Positions 49,837-63,125 of a stretch of 64,000 bases of DNA are shown piece by piece. The notes under the pieces were generated by a model, which saw only the letters and a program-made list of their open reading frames with translations, had not been told where the DNA came from and did no database searches. A program made the translations under genes and the position numbers. This DNA comes from Octopus vulgaris (lineage: Eukaryota), in the NCBI GenBank assembly GCA_951406725.2, contig OX597817.1:158844001-158908000 (forward strand), read 5' to 3'. The first letter of the stretch is position 1, and each line of letters opens with the position of its first letter.

Positions 49837-50855
49837 GGCACTGGCACAGGAGCTCTTTGTGTGGTCACCAGCATGGGTGCTTTTTATGTGATACCAGCTC
49901 AGGTGCTTTTTATGTGGCACCAGCACAGGTACTTTTCATGTAGCACTGGCACAAGTATATTTTACATGGTACTGGCATGGGTGCTTTTTATGTGGCACCA
50001 ACATGGGTACTTTATATGTGGCACAAACATAGATGCTTTATATGTGGCACCAACATGGGTGTTTTTTATGTGGCACCAACACGAGTGCTTGTTATGTGGC
50101 ACCAACACGAGTGCTTGGTATGTGGAACCAACATGGGTGCTTTTTATGTGGCACAAACATGGGTGCTTTTTATGTGACGCCAACTTGAGTGCTTTTTATG
50201 TGGCACCGACATGGGTGCTTTTTATGTGACACCAACATGGGTGCTTTTTATGTGGCGCCAACATGGGTGCTTTTTATGTGGCACCAACATAGGTGCTTTT
50301 TATGTGACGCCAATATGGGTGGTTTTTATGTGGCGCCAACATGGGTGCTTTTTATGTGGCACCAACTTGAGTGCTTTTTATGTGACACCAACATGGGTGC
50401 TTTTTATGTGGGACCAACATGGGTGCTTTTTATGTGGGGCCAATATGGGTGCTTTTTATGTGGCACCAACATGGGTGCCTTTTATGTGGGGCCAATATGG
50501 GTGCTTTTTATGTGGCACCAACATGGGTGCTTTTTATGTGACACCAACATAGGTGCTTTTTATGTGACGCCAACATGGGTGCTTTTTATGTGGCGCCAAC
50601 ATGGGTGCTTTTTATGTGGCGCCAACATGGGTGCTTTTTATGTGACACCCACATGGGTGCTTTTTATGTGGCGCCAACATGGGTGCTTTTTATGTGAGGC
50701 CAATATGGATGCTTTTTATGTGGCACCAAAATGGGTGCCTTTTATGTGGCACCAACATGGGTGCTTTTTATGTGGCACCAACATGGGTGCTTTTTATGTG
50801 GCACCAACATGGGTGCTTTTTATGTGGGACCAACATGGATGCTTTTTATGTGACA
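49837..50855. repeat. 26-bp minisatellite (ATGGGTGCTTTTTATGTGGCACCAAC)n, roughly 35-39 units
   Basis: 26-bp period read directly; ORF track shows 26-aa (3-unit) periodicity. Confidence 0.93.
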
Positions 50856-50920
50856 ATGACACAGGTTGATAATGCTAATTCGCTCATTATTATTGTTTTA
50901 TTTCCTCCATTGTCTTTAAG

Positions 50921-51079
50921 GTCTCATTTGCTGTATCGAAGAATGTCTACCCTACTGCATTGAATCTGTTGAAGATAACGAGGTCATTGCATGGCAGTCA
51001 GTCCTAGAATATATCATCAATTTAGCCATCCGCATCATTAATGTTGTCATGTGTATATTATCAGGTGGACAAGATTCTA
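50921..51079 (+). CDS. THADA: THADA-like exon 18 (LICCIEECLPY...ILSGGQDS)
   Basis: tctttaag| acceptor, A|gtgagt donor, phase 1 to 1; completes HG-L motif across the junction. Confidence 0.85.
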
Positions 51080-52138
51080 GTGAGTTACTTTTACCTTATT
51101 CTTTTACTTGTTTCATTCATTTGACTGTGGCCATGCTGGAGTACTGCCGTCATTCTTTCAGGTTCAATGAAATAAAGTACTACTGAAGTATTATGACAAA
51201 GATATTCACTAACACTACTCACTGCAAAATTGCTGGCCTTTGTCAGCATTAGATACAATTCATCATCATCATCATCATCATCGTTTAACATCCGTTCTCC
51301 ATGCTAGCATGGGTTGGACGGTTCGACCGGGGATCTGGGAAGCCAGAAGGCTGCACCAGGCTCCAGTCTTATCTGGCAATGTTTCTACAGCTGGATGCCC
51401 TTCCTAACGCCAACCACTACGTGAGCGTAGTGGGTGCTTTTTATGTGCCACCCGCACAGGTGCCAGGCGAGGCTGGCAACAGCCACGGTCGGATTGGTGC
51501 AATTTACGTGCCACCTGCATGGAAGCCAGTCGAGGCTTATTATTATTATTATTATTATTATTTTAAGGCAATGAGCTGGCAGAATCATGCACGCTAGCAA
51601 AATGCTTAGTGGCATTTCATCTGTCTGTGTGTTCTGAGCTCAAATTCCACCGAGGTCGACATTGCCTTTCATCCTTTGGGGGTCGATAAAATAAGTACCA
51701 TTTGAGTTCTGGGGTCAATATAATCGATTATCTCCCTCCCCAAATTTCAGGCTTTGTGCCTATAGTAGAGAGGATTATTATTATTATTATTCTTCATCAT
51801 CATTGTTTAACACCCACTCTCTATACTGGCGTGGGTTGGATGGTTTGACATGGAGCTTAGCTATCAGGGAGCTGTCCAGTCTCCAACTCTCTGTTGTGGT
51901 ATGGTTTCTATGGTTGGATGCCTTTCCTATCATTATTGACAGAATTGTTAGCATGTTGGACAAAAAGCTTAGTGGTATTTTGTCTGTCTTTATTTTTGAG
52001 TTCAAATTGCACCAAGGTCTGCTTTGCCTTTCATCCTTTCAGACTCGATAAAATAGTACCATTTGAGCACTGGTACCAAATGTAATCGACAAGACCCTTC
52101 CTACTAAAATTTCAGGCCTTGTATCTATAGTAGAAAGA

Positions 52139-52170
<32 letters not shown>

Positions 52171-52719
52171 GCCGGTGACATGTAAAAGCACCGTCCGTTC
52201 GTGGCCGTTTGCCAGCTCTGTCTGGCCCCGTGCCGGTGACACGTAAAAGCACCATCCGTTCATGGCCGTTTGCCAGCTCTGTCTGGCACCTGTGCAGGTG
52301 GCACGTATAAACACCCACTACACTCGCGGAGTGGTTGGCGTTAGGAAGGGCATCCAGCCGTAGAAACACTGCCAGATCTGACTGGGCCTGACGAAGCCTT
52401 CCAGCTTCACAGACCCCAGTTGATCCGTCCAACCCATGCTAGCATGGAAAGCGGATGCTAAATGATGATGATGATGATTATTATTATTATTATTATTGTT
52501 ATTATAATTGCTATTTATATGATCATGAAATCAAATATATTTTCAGTATCACACAAATTACTACATTTATTTTCCAGTATACTTCTAACTGTTACTAAAC
52601 AGTCTTTCCTGCAAAAACTGGTTTTTTGCCAAGTCATTATTACATTTTACATTCTCTACTTTTGTCCCTCATAATTTAAACTAACAAAAATAATAATGTA
52701 ATTTTCTATCTCATTCCAG

Positions 52720-52856
52720 CTGCATGCCCTTCCTTTGCTGACATAGCTGTGGCTCTGGAGAATGTAATTTGTGACAGCCAAGCCACTTACCAAACGTCTG
52801 TGGTTCTATCAAACGAATACCAGTTTCTTCTTTCCTGGTGCTGGATCAACCTCAAG
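52720..52856 (+). CDS. THADA: THADA-like exon 19 (ACPSFADIAVAL...LLSWCWINLK)
   Basis: cattccag| acceptor, AAG|gtagtt donor, phase 1 to 0; CW..LKE motif of DUF2428. Confidence 0.9.
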
Positions 52857-55229
52857 GTAGTTTAACATTTACCAACAAATTGATCAAATTTCCAAAACAT
52901 CTTCATTGCATACTATTCTTTAGATTTGCAGAATTGTTTGGGTATCAGAAAAAAAATTATTTACTTAATTAACCCCTTCACTGCCTATGTAGCATAGGCC
53001 ATTGATAACTTTCTTCACTGTTCTCAACTCTGGGCCATCTTCTCTACTTGTCTCCAGTTGGATCCCTGCTTTTCTTTGCAACTGCCTTCCAAATTTTGCT
53101 GTACTACATCGTATGTTTCCTTGAGGGAAGGCCTTCCTCTCCCAGGTCTTGTTGGCTTTGAATTGTCATCGATGCTTCTATAACGTTGCTTTTTTTTTAA
53201 TAGGTAGGAGTGTTGGCTCTATGCTAACCTATTTTTACCTCTGGAAAGAGGCAGTCCATATTTAATCTGTTGACCTGTCCAGTTTAGAGTAGGGGGCTAC
53301 CAGGAAGTCTCCCAGTTATTGAGGCACACAAATCACAACTCCACAACGACAGATTCTTGTGACGGAAAAAAATACTTTGTGGTATTTATTCTGGTTCTTT
53401 ACCTTCTGAGTTCAAATCCTGTCAAAGTCAACTTTGCCCTTCATTCCTCCAGAGTCAATGAAATAAAGCATAGTCAAATACTGAAGTTGATGGTATTGCT
53501 TCAGAATTCCTTCAAAATTGCTGGCCTTCTGCTTAAAGCAATTTCTATCATCATGATAGATTGAGCAAGGTCGTTACCAATACCACTGCACTGGCTCCTG
53601 TGCAGGTGGCATGTAAAAAACACCATTTGAGCATGGCTGTTGCCAGTACCGCCCGACTGACCCTCGTGCCAGTGGCACATAAAAGCACCCACTGCACTCT
53701 TGGAGTGGTTGGCATTAGGAAGGGCATCCAGCTGTAGAAACTCTGCCAGATCAGATTGGAGCCTGGTGCAGCCTTCTGGTTCACCAGTCCTCAGTCAAAT
53801 CATCCAACCCATGCTAGCATGGAAAGCGGATGTTAAACGATGATGATGATGATGTTTTCTCCGGTTTTATGTGAGTTTCTACTGGACCATCTTCTGTGTT
53901 CCTGAGGTGCATTCAACATTGTCTTTTGTGAAGGTGGAATTGCATTGGTATACTGCTTTGGTTTTGTATCGTTGTGTGATTTGTTTTGTTGTTTCAAGCA
54001 TTATTTTGCTATTTCTGCTGTTGTATACCAAATGTACATTGTTGGACATGATATTTTGTTGTGTGGTGTCTGTGCTTTGTTGTACTGGGTGATTGGAGGT
54101 ATACATTTTAATGTTAGGTGGTGACACTGGAGCATAACACAGCCTTTGGACCCATTAGATCCTGTTAAAACTGTCCAACCCACTCTAGCATGGAACATGG
54201 ATGTAAATGACGATGATTATAATGATCGGGATTGTCATCATTATCATCATTATTAACATTCATCATCATCATCATCATTTAACGTCTGCTTTCTATGCTA
54301 GCATGGGTTGGACGATTTGACTGAGGACTGGCGAACCAGATGGCTGCACCAGGCTCTAATCTTGATCTGGCAGAGTTTCTACAGCTAGATGCCCTTCCTA
54401 ATGCCAACCACTCCGAGAGTGTAGTGGGTGCTTTTACGTGCCACTGGCACGATGGCCAGTCACGCAGTACTAGCAATGGCCACACTCAAATGGTGTTTTT
54501 TACGTGCCACCTGCACAGGAGCCAGTCCAGCGGCACTGGCAACAACCTCACTCGAATGGTTTTCCATGTGCAACTGGCACAAGTACCAGTAAGGCGTCGC
54601 TATCCTATATATTTTTACTTCCTTGACGTTATCAGCATCATTTATCCGATTATATGTCATCCAGGGTCAGTAAGACACAGATATCAATTATAGACGTTTT
54701 ATTGATCTGTCCAGTATCACTAAGATATACATCAATTACATACTAGAGTTCTAGTGTGTCTTCAGCTCTTCAGTAATCATCATTGTCATCAGTGCCACCC
54801 TCCACCTCCTTCTTCTCTGCTTCATCTTTACCATCATCATTTATCTCATTTTGTCATCATCATTATCATGAGCATTGCTTTAATATTTGCTTCTTATTAA
54901 TACACGATCCCTATTGATCGTCCCCACCTTTTTTTTTCCACGATCCCTTTTGATTGAAATTCGACCCTTTTTTTCCTTCTCTTCTTCCCAAAAAGAAAAG
55001 CTCTACTTTGTATTTTGTCCCTTCTGTATTCAGTCCTGTGTGGCCAATAAAGAAATCTATCTGTTATCAATGTCATCACCATCATTTGAATATGTCATCA
55101 TCGTTAGTATAATCTTCATTACTACGATGCTCTTATACCATTATCATCATAATCAAAACCGTTGTTTCATCAATTACAGTTTCTTCATTTCTTTACCTAA
55201 CCTCTATGCTTTTTTTTTGCTTTTTACAG

Positions 55230-55382
55230 GAAAGTTCTTCTCTCTTAGGCCAAATTGTAAATTTGGTGAACAAGAATCAGAAGAGAAGCACTACTGCCAC
55301 CAAAAACCTTACCCTATCCTTCGAGGTGTATCAGAAAATTAGTGACACTTTTGTTAAAGTCCTCACCCAGTGTAGGCATCGG
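55230..55382 (+). CDS. THADA: THADA-like exon 20 (ESSSLLGQIV...VLTQCRHR)
   Basis: tttttacag| acceptor, CGG|gttggt donor, phase 0 to 0. Confidence 0.9.
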
Positions 55383-55601
55383 GTTGGTATACCTTTCTGA
55401 ACATTTCACAGCCTTCACTTAAATATAATCACCAGGTCTTTAAAACTATTGTATCTTATTAAACATCACTGTTTCAATAGTTATCACAGCACTGTAGCCA
55501 CTATGGTATGCCTGCACAGGTGATGAGGTCAGGCCACAGATAGAAAAAGTAAGTGTTACCTTAAAAAGATTGCACTGCAGACTGATCATATCATAATAAT
55601 A

Positions 55602-56070
55602 ATATAATAATAATAATAAAACATTGTGTACAGTGCTCAGGTGCACTACAACTCGTCTAAAGTGTATATATAATCAGGTGTAGTTTTGGCGGATTTCGGA
55701 AAGCATGAGGGCCTTAAAGGATGCAGTGTCATGGCAGTCAACAACTGACGCAGGCAGTTTATTCCATGCCTCAGCAACTCTGAGCGTGAAAAAATGTTTC
55801 CGAAAGTCATGGGAGCTGTGTTGTTTTCTGACTTTGTAGGCATGTCCACGTGTGTTAGACACATGGAGATCAAAAAGGTGTTCAGTGTTGTTGTTGGTGA
55901 GGTGGTTGATAACTTTGTGGGTGTTTACCAAGTCCGTCGCCAGACGCCGGAACTTCAGTGAATCCATGCCCAGGGAAACAAGGCGCTCAGAATATGGTAG
56001 GTGTCTGATGGAGGGTATGCGTTTGGTTGCACGTCTCTGGACAGATTCCAGGAGGTCAATGTTCTGAGCA
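55602..56070 (-). mobile_element. CR1-clade LINE 3' fragment, same family as 34353-36913
   Basis: AQNIDLLESVQRRATKRIP...EIRQNYT almost identical to the RT ORF C-terminus; (TTA)n tail. Confidence 0.92.
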
Positions 56071-56710
56071 AAATGGGAGTCTTCCTGGGAATAAAGATTG
56101 GTATATATTGAATAATGGCTTTCACATGACAATAGCTAATATACCATTGTAGCCATAACATCACAATGGTGTTCCATGTTTCAGTCACCATCAAACTATT
56201 ATAACCGCAAACCATAGTAATTATCATCATAACTACAAACCATAGTAATTATCATCATGATAGCTATATCACCACACTAACCAATTCACCACTAGAACAA
56301 CCAAACTACAATAGCTAACACACTTCAATAGCTACCATACTACAACAGCAGTTATGCCCCTATACTACTATAGATACCATGCCACTATAGGTATCACAAC
56401 ATTATAGGCACTATTCCACTATAGGTGAACCTATAGTAGACCATCTCTAAGTAATGTTCTTTGCATCCCTTCTCTCCAATACTTTTTTATTCCTTGTAAA
56501 CAAGGTTTATATCATTGTTTTAATGTCCATTTTCCCCCATGCTTGAAGTAAAGTTTTTTATGAAGGGTCCTGTTGCTAACCCTTAACTGTTTCTAAGCAA
56601 GTTAATTTTTCCCCGTGGCCAGATAGTTTTTGCAAAATATTGAAAATGAAGGACATTCATTCACATCTATCATCAGATGTCAAGACAAGGGGATTCACAC
56701 AGACATACAT

Positions 56711-56776
<66 letters not shown>

Positions 56777-56983
56777 TGGGTTTCTTTCTGTTTCTGCAAA
56801 ATAAATCCACTCACAAGGTTTTGGTTGGCCCAGGGCTATAGTAGAAGGCACTTGCTGAAGGTGCCATGCCCTGGGACTGAACCTGAAATATTGTGGTTGG
56901 GAAACAAATTTCTTAACCACATAGCCATGCTTGGAGTCTAAAGCTTTCAGCCTCGTATCACATATATAATATAATTAACTTTT

Positions 56984-57385
56984 AGGTGCAGATGTGGCTG
57001 TGTGGTAAGAAGTTTGCTTCCCAACCACATGGTTCTGGGTTCAGTCCCACTGCGTGGCACCTTGGGCAAGTGTCTTCTACTATAGCCTCAGGCCAACCAA
57101 AGCCTTCTGAGTGGATTTGGCAGGTGGAAACTGAAAGAAGCCTGTCATATATATATAAATGTGTGTCTGTGTGTCTGTGCCCCACTTCCACTGCTTGGCA
57201 GCTGGTATTGGTGTGTTTATGTCCCTGTAACTTAGCAGTTCGGCAACAGAAATTGATAGACTAAGTACCAGGCTTAAAAGAAAAGTGCTGGCGTCAATGC
57301 ATTTGAGTATAAATTCTTCAAGGCGGTGCTCCAGTATGGCCGCAGTCTAATGACTGAAACAATTAAAAGATAAAGGATAAAAGAT
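56984..57385 (+). mobile_element. SINE family A (older subfamily)
   Basis: A/B boxes, CORE-like motif, family A tail. Confidence 0.8.
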
Positions 57386-57527
57386 ATTGTATAGACAGCT
57401 CAGATGCACTTTCACAATGCATGCATGCACACACATGTGCACACATACACACACACCACAATCCCAATATCATTTTAAAACACCTTTATATTGTGGTTAA
57501 ATCTGAATGCATTACTTTCTCTTGCAG

Positions 57528-57629
57528 GGTGCCATTGAGAACTGCCGTTCAGGTTTTATAGATTTCTGTATGACATTGCTTTCCACTAAACACAATGCCA
57601 GTTCTATTCCTGAAAAAGTTCTGGTCCAA
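57528..57629 (+). CDS. THADA: THADA-like exon 21 (GAIENCRSGFIDFC...EKVLVQ)
   Basis: cttgcag| acceptor, CAA|gtgagt donor; completes RHR|GAIE. Confidence 0.92.
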
Positions 57630-57859
57630 GTGAGTTCTCATTCTTTCATTTCATTTTACTTTCATTTTTGTCATCATCATCATTTGAACGTCCATTTTCC
57701 ATGCTGGCTTGGCATGGGATGGACAGTTTGACTGAGGATTGGCAAGCCAGGAGAGGCTGCACCAGAACCAATCTGATCTGGCAAAGTTTCTACAGGACAT
57801 CTTGTGAAGAACTATTCTTTTAATACAATTATTAACTGTGTTCTGTCTTTTTGTCTGCT

Positions 57860-57861
<2 letters not shown>

Positions 57862-57948
<87 letters not shown>
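57862..57948. repeat. (TC)n microsatellite
   Basis: Direct reading. Confidence 0.95.
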
Positions 57949-57956
<8 letters not shown>

Positions 57957-58087
57957 TTCACTCACTCCTCCTCTCAGATTCACACAAACTTTGTTCTTTT
58001 TTCTCTCCCTTCTCTTCTGTCTCTTTGTAACCATTTCCACATATAAACACACCTATCTCTTTCTATAATTTTCCGTTTCTATTCTAG

Positions 58088-58198
58088 ATCCTAAAGAGTT
58101 TAAACAGTGGTGAACTGGATGTATCAATAACCCGTCGGTCAGCAGGCCTCCCCATCATTGTTCAGTGTATCTGTATTAGTGAAAGAAAAACTAAAAAT
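58088..58198 (+). CDS. THADA: THADA-like exon 22 (ILKSLNSGELDVSITRRSAGLPIIVQCICISE...)
   Basis: attctag| acceptor, AAT|gtaaga donor; TRRSAGLP signature of DUF2428. Confidence 0.93.
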
Positions 58199-58386
58199 GT
58201 AAGATTTTTTTCCTGACATTTATTTCACTTTATCAGATTTCTCTAAAGTAACACCTGCATTAGTAGTCCCTGCTTCTCTGAAGAAGCTAACTGTTTCCCC
58301 ATTCAGTGTGCTTACTAGTGTAGTAGCTCTCAAACTGACAAATACCAGACCCCCAACAAAATATCAATGATATTTATGCTTATTAT

Positions 58387-58619
58387 AAGGCGGCGAGCTG
58401 GCAGAAACGTTAGCACGCCGGGCGAAATGCGTAGCCGTAATTCGTCTGCCGTTACGTTCTGAGTTCAAATTCCGCCGAGGTCGACTTTGCCTTTCATCCA
58501 TTCGAGGTCGATAAATTAAGTACCAGTTATACACTGGGGTCGATGTAATCGACTTAATCCATTTGTCTGTCTTTGTTTGTCCCCTCTATGTTTAGCCCCT
58601 TGTGGGTAGTAAAGAAATA
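58387..58619 (+). mobile_element. SINE family B young monomer with 16-bp TSD GATATTTATGCTTATT
   Basis: Full head, body and AAAGAAATA end; flanking direct repeat. Confidence 0.88.
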
Positions 58620-58740
58620 GATATTTATGCTTATTTATATGATACACTTCTGCTTTATTAATAACTAGCTTAAAAGCTGCGCTCTTTATAGACTTTTCAA
58701 CTAGGTCATGCAGAGGGCTAATTGGGTATTTTTTGGTCTC

Positions 58741-58988
58741 ATCATCATCATCATCGTTTAACGTCCGTTCTCCATGCTAGCATGGGTTGGACGGTTCGAC
58801 CGGGGATCTGGGAAGCCAGAAGGCTGCATCAGGCCCAGTCTGATCTGGCAGTGTTTCTACGGCTGGATGCCCTTCCTAACGCCAACCACTCCGTGAGTGT
58901 AGTGGGTGCTTTTTACGTGCCACCGGCACAGGTGCCAGATGGAGCTGGCAAACGGTCACGAACGGATGGTGCTTTTACGTGCCACCGG
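58741..58988 (-). mobile_element. RTE 3'-end repeat (family C) flanked by 96-bp direct repeats
   Basis: 58645-58740 and 58989-59084 are identical except for one base. Confidence 0.87.
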
Positions 58989-59162
58989 CACTTCTGCTTT
59001 ATTAATAACTAGCTTAAAAGCTGCACTCTTTATAGACTTTTCAACTAGGTCATGCAGAGGGCTAATTGGGTATTTTTTGGTCTCCTAGCAATATATTTTG
59101 TATTAAACATAGCAATTTGTTTGCCCTCTTTTAAATCCTTTCTTGCCATTCCTTTCTTGCAG

Positions 59163-59409
59163 GGACACCTCATGACGTACTCTATGAAGTCTTTGTTTGC
59201 CACAGCATCTCAGCCAGTGCCAGTTGCATCAACATGTGAGAAGCGGGACCTGAACCAGGTTCATGCTTTGAACATCCTCAGAGTTCTGTTTGGAGACAAT
59301 AACCTTAACACTGGACTTCTTGCGCACATCAGTGAAGCTGTCAAGTTGGTCATTGCTGGTTTCGAATCCCCCTCCTGGGCCATACGGAATGCTTCAACTC
59401 AGTTGTTCA
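59163..59409 (+). CDS. THADA: THADA-like exon 23 (GHLMTYSMKSLF...QVHALNILRVLF...WAIRNASTQLF)
   Basis: tcttgcag| acceptor, A|gtaagt donor; strongly conserved THADA motifs. Confidence 0.93.
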
Positions 59410-59475
59410 GTAAGTGGCTCCATCCGTTTGTTTCAGTTCCATTATTAAACTCCTTGTGTATTTACAGACAGCTTG

Positions 59476-59864
59476 CTTTACTCTTTTACTTGTTTCAGTT
59501 ATTTGACTGTGGCCATGCTGGAGCACCGCCTTTACTCGAGCAAATCTACCCCAGATCTTATTCGTTGTAAGCCTAGTACTTATTCTATCGGACTCCTTTG
59601 CCGAACCACTAAGTTACGGAGACGTAAACACATCAGCATCGGTTGTCAAGCATTGTTGAAGGGACAAACACACACACACACGCGCGCGCACATACATATA
59701 TACGACGGGCTTCTTTCGGTTTCCATCTACCAAATCCACTCACAAGGCTTTAGTCGGCCTGAGGCTATAGTAGAAGACACTTGCCCAAGGTGCCATGCAG
59801 TGGGACTGAACCCGGAACCATGTGGTTGGTAAGCAAGCTACTTACCACACAGCCACTCCTACGC
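59476..59864 (-). mobile_element. SINE family A (head-to-head with older copy 59893-60242)
   Basis: Reverse complement of family A consensus. Confidence 0.85.
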
Positions 59865-61975
59865 CAAGTGTTGCCAATAGAAAGTTCCATGTAGGTGTGT
59901 GGTAAGAATCTGGCTTCCCAACCACTTGGTCTCAGGTTCAGTTCCACTGTGGCACCTTGGGCTAGTGTCTTATACTATAGCCTCAGGCTGATCAGTCACA
60001 TATGTGCCATGTGTGTCTCTGTGTGTGTCTATGTGTCTGTGTTTGTCCCCCATCACTGCTTGACAACTGGTGCTAGTGTGTTTACATCCCTGTAACATAG
60101 TGGTTCAGCGAAAGAGCCTGATAGATAGATTAAGTACCAAGCTTAGAAAAAAGTACTGGGGCCAATTTCATTCAACTAAGATTCTTCAACACAGTGCCCC
60201 AGCATGACCGCAGTCTAATGACCGAAACACATAAAAGTAAAAGTCAATAATAGATACCAGTAGGTTTCTGGGTTCATCAGGAGTGAATGCACTCTGTTTT
60301 AGGCCCTTCATATTATTAGCTCTACAGCACACTGGCCCCTTTCATTGATGTGAAGCCACTGGATCAACTGATTACTATTTACCCATTGTTTCATTGTTTG
60401 TTTAACGTCTGCTTTCCATGCTAGCATGGGTTGGATGATTTGACTGAGGATTGGCGAACCAGATGACTGCACCAGGCTCCAATCTTGATCTGGCAGAGTT
60501 TCTACAGCTGGATGCCCTTCCTAACGCCAACCACTCCGAGAGTGTAGTGGGTGCTTTTACGTGCCACCAGCACAATGGCCAGTCAGGTGGCACTGGCAAC
60601 GGCCACGCCCAAATGGTGTTTTTTTAAAATTTTTTTTACCCATCAACATTTTATAAACCTTGAACGCTTTCTCCTCAAAAGTTTTCTTACTGGTCTTCTC
60701 ATTTCCAGTTGTCATTGTCTCTCCTGGTGAAGAGGCATCTTGACTTAATGATTTTTGCATAGAAGGAGCCTCAGCTGGAGCATTTATCAATCCACTGGGT
60801 TTTAATGACCGGGATGATTTGCTTCGTGTTTGACTGATGACCTTCTTGCCTATTGACCTTACTGATGTTTTTTTTTTATGCATGGCTTCGTGATTAGGTT
60901 ATTCACCTCATGATGGTAGGGTCAAGAGTTCAATTCCCAGTGGTATGTTGTGCCCTTGGACAAGACACATTATTTTGCTTTGCTCCAGGCTACTCAGCTG
61001 GCAAGGTGGCATGTAAAAAGCATCCACAACACTCTTGGAGTGGTTGGCATTAGGAAGGACATCCAGCTGTAGAAACCTTGCCAGATCAGATTGAAGCCTG
61101 GTGCAGCCTCTTGGCTTGCCAGTCCCCAGTCAAACCATCCAACCTATGCAAGCATAAAAAATGGACATTAAATGATGATGATTATGACCTGTATTTCAAA
61201 GGGCCAGTCTTGTCACATTCTGTATCACACTGAATCTCCCTGGGAACTACTTTAAAGGCATGGGTGTCTGTGGAGCACTCAACCACTTGTATACTGGAAC
61301 CCTTGTCATCATAACCGATGGAGTGCCAGTTTCCATGTCTAACACTTCAGCTGCCATTGTTGTTTGCTAATGACCCAGTCTTTTCACCTTCCTGCTTTAT
61401 TTCTGTTCCCTACTGCACATTAGTTGGTCCTTGGATGATTCTAGTAGCATATCAGTTTCCCAAGAAAAGACGTTGCTGGCTCCTTGCTCAACTCTTCTTC
61501 TTTTCTGGTGAAAGGGATATTGTGAATGGCTTTCCACAGCTCTTCTTGTAGTGCAGCATAGCCAATTCTAAGAACAAGAGAGAGAAAGAGACAAACACTG
61601 AGACAGACATACAGACTGACAGAGAGAAAGAATTGACGTCATCATTTTCATCATCAACATCATTGCTGTCATCATCATTATCAAATTTGATTTTTTTCCC
61701 ATGTCAGTTTAAGTTTTATGAGTATATATTATTGCCAATGTGTTTTTTTTTAATTTTTTATTTTCATTTTATTTTTTTCATTTTTTTCATTTTTTCATTT
61801 TTTAATTATTTTTTTTGCTTGAAAAAATGAAGGACCCTTCATACCAGAAAATCTCTGCTTATTAAGCTTTAAGAATCTGACAGTTTGTCAAAATTTGTTT
61901 CCTTATTATTGCATCTCATTTATTAATTGAATGTTTCACAAAGATTCTAATGATTCTTTCCTCTCTTGTTTCCAG

Positions 61976-62213
61976 GTACGTTAATGACAAGAATGTTTGG
62001 TCAGAAAAAAATTAAAGATGGATGTGTCTTAAATACAATGTCACTTGAAGAATTGGCTGTTCACTTCCCAGATCTTCTGCCATTCCTTCTGTCAAAATTG
62101 TCTCAGTCAAAGAATGTTCAGAGAACCATCCATATTCAGCCGTCTTTGTTTCCTGTTTTGACGCTTCTCTCCAATGTAGGGGCCAGTGAAAAGATCAAGG
62201 ATGACACTGTGAA
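61976..62213 (+). CDS. THADA: THADA-like exon 24 (TLMTRMFGQKK...HFPDLLPFLL...PSLFPVLTLLS...)
   Basis: tttccag| acceptor, AA|gtaagt donor, phase 1 to 2. Confidence 0.92.
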
Positions 62214-62959
62214 GTAAGTTGCAAATTAGAACTTACTTTTACTTTCTGGAGGCTTAAGGATGAGTGACATTTAACTCTTTAGCATTCGGATTATTCTATC
62301 AAATGTAATGATGCCAGCACTGCCTGACTGGCGTCTGTGTTGGTGACACATAAAAGCACCAACCAATCGTGGCCATTTGCCAGCCTGCTCTGGCCCCTGT
62401 GCTGGTGGCATGTAAAAAACACCCACTACACTCATGGAGTGGTTGGCATTAGGAAGGGCATCCGGCCATAGAAACACTGCCAAATCAGACCAGAGCCTGG
62501 TGCAACTTCCGTGGCTTACCAGACCCCGGTCAAACCGTCCAACCCATGCTAGCATGGAAAACGGACGTTAAATGATGATAATGCATATTTACTGACATTG
62601 AATATCCATTTTCCATGCTGGCATGAGTTGGATGACTTGGCAGGAACTGGCAAAGCCAAGGGCCACACCAGCATCCATAGTCTGTTTTCGCTTGATTTCT
62701 ACAGCTGGATGCCCTTCCTAATGCCAACCACTTTACAGAAATGTTAGCATGCCAGGCGAAGAGCTTAACGGTATTTTGTTTGCCGTTACGTTCTGAGTTC
62801 AAATTCTGCCGAGGTCGACTTTGCCTTTCATCCTTTCGGGGTCGATTAAATAAGTACCAGTTATGCACTGGGGTTGATATAATCGACTTGATCCGTTTGT
62901 CTGTCCTTGTTTGTCCCCTCTGTGTTTAGCCCCTTGTGGGCAATAAAGAAATAAGAGTG

Positions 62960-63125
62960 TCCTGGGTGCTTTTTTTCATGGCACTATCACCAGTGTTTTT
63001 ATGTGGCACCAGCACCATTGCTTTATATGTGGCACCATCACCAGTACTTCTTATATGGCACCAGTACCAGTGCCTTTTACATGGCACCATCACCAACACC
63101 AGTGTTCTTTTTTGTGTGGCACCTT
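62960..63125. repeat. Short 26-bp minisatellite, same family as 1-210
   Basis: CACCAGTG.TTTT.ATGTGGCAC units. Confidence 0.75.

Noticed and set aside
49837-50855. CRISPR-like array, or repetitive proteins from ORFs 49753-50963
   Set aside because: Units are contiguous 26-mers without unique spacers, there are no cas genes and the context is a eukaryotic intron. The ORFs merely reflect a stop-poor repeat.
57651-58068. ER/SL-repeat ORFs
   Set aside because: Produced by the (TC)n microsatellite.
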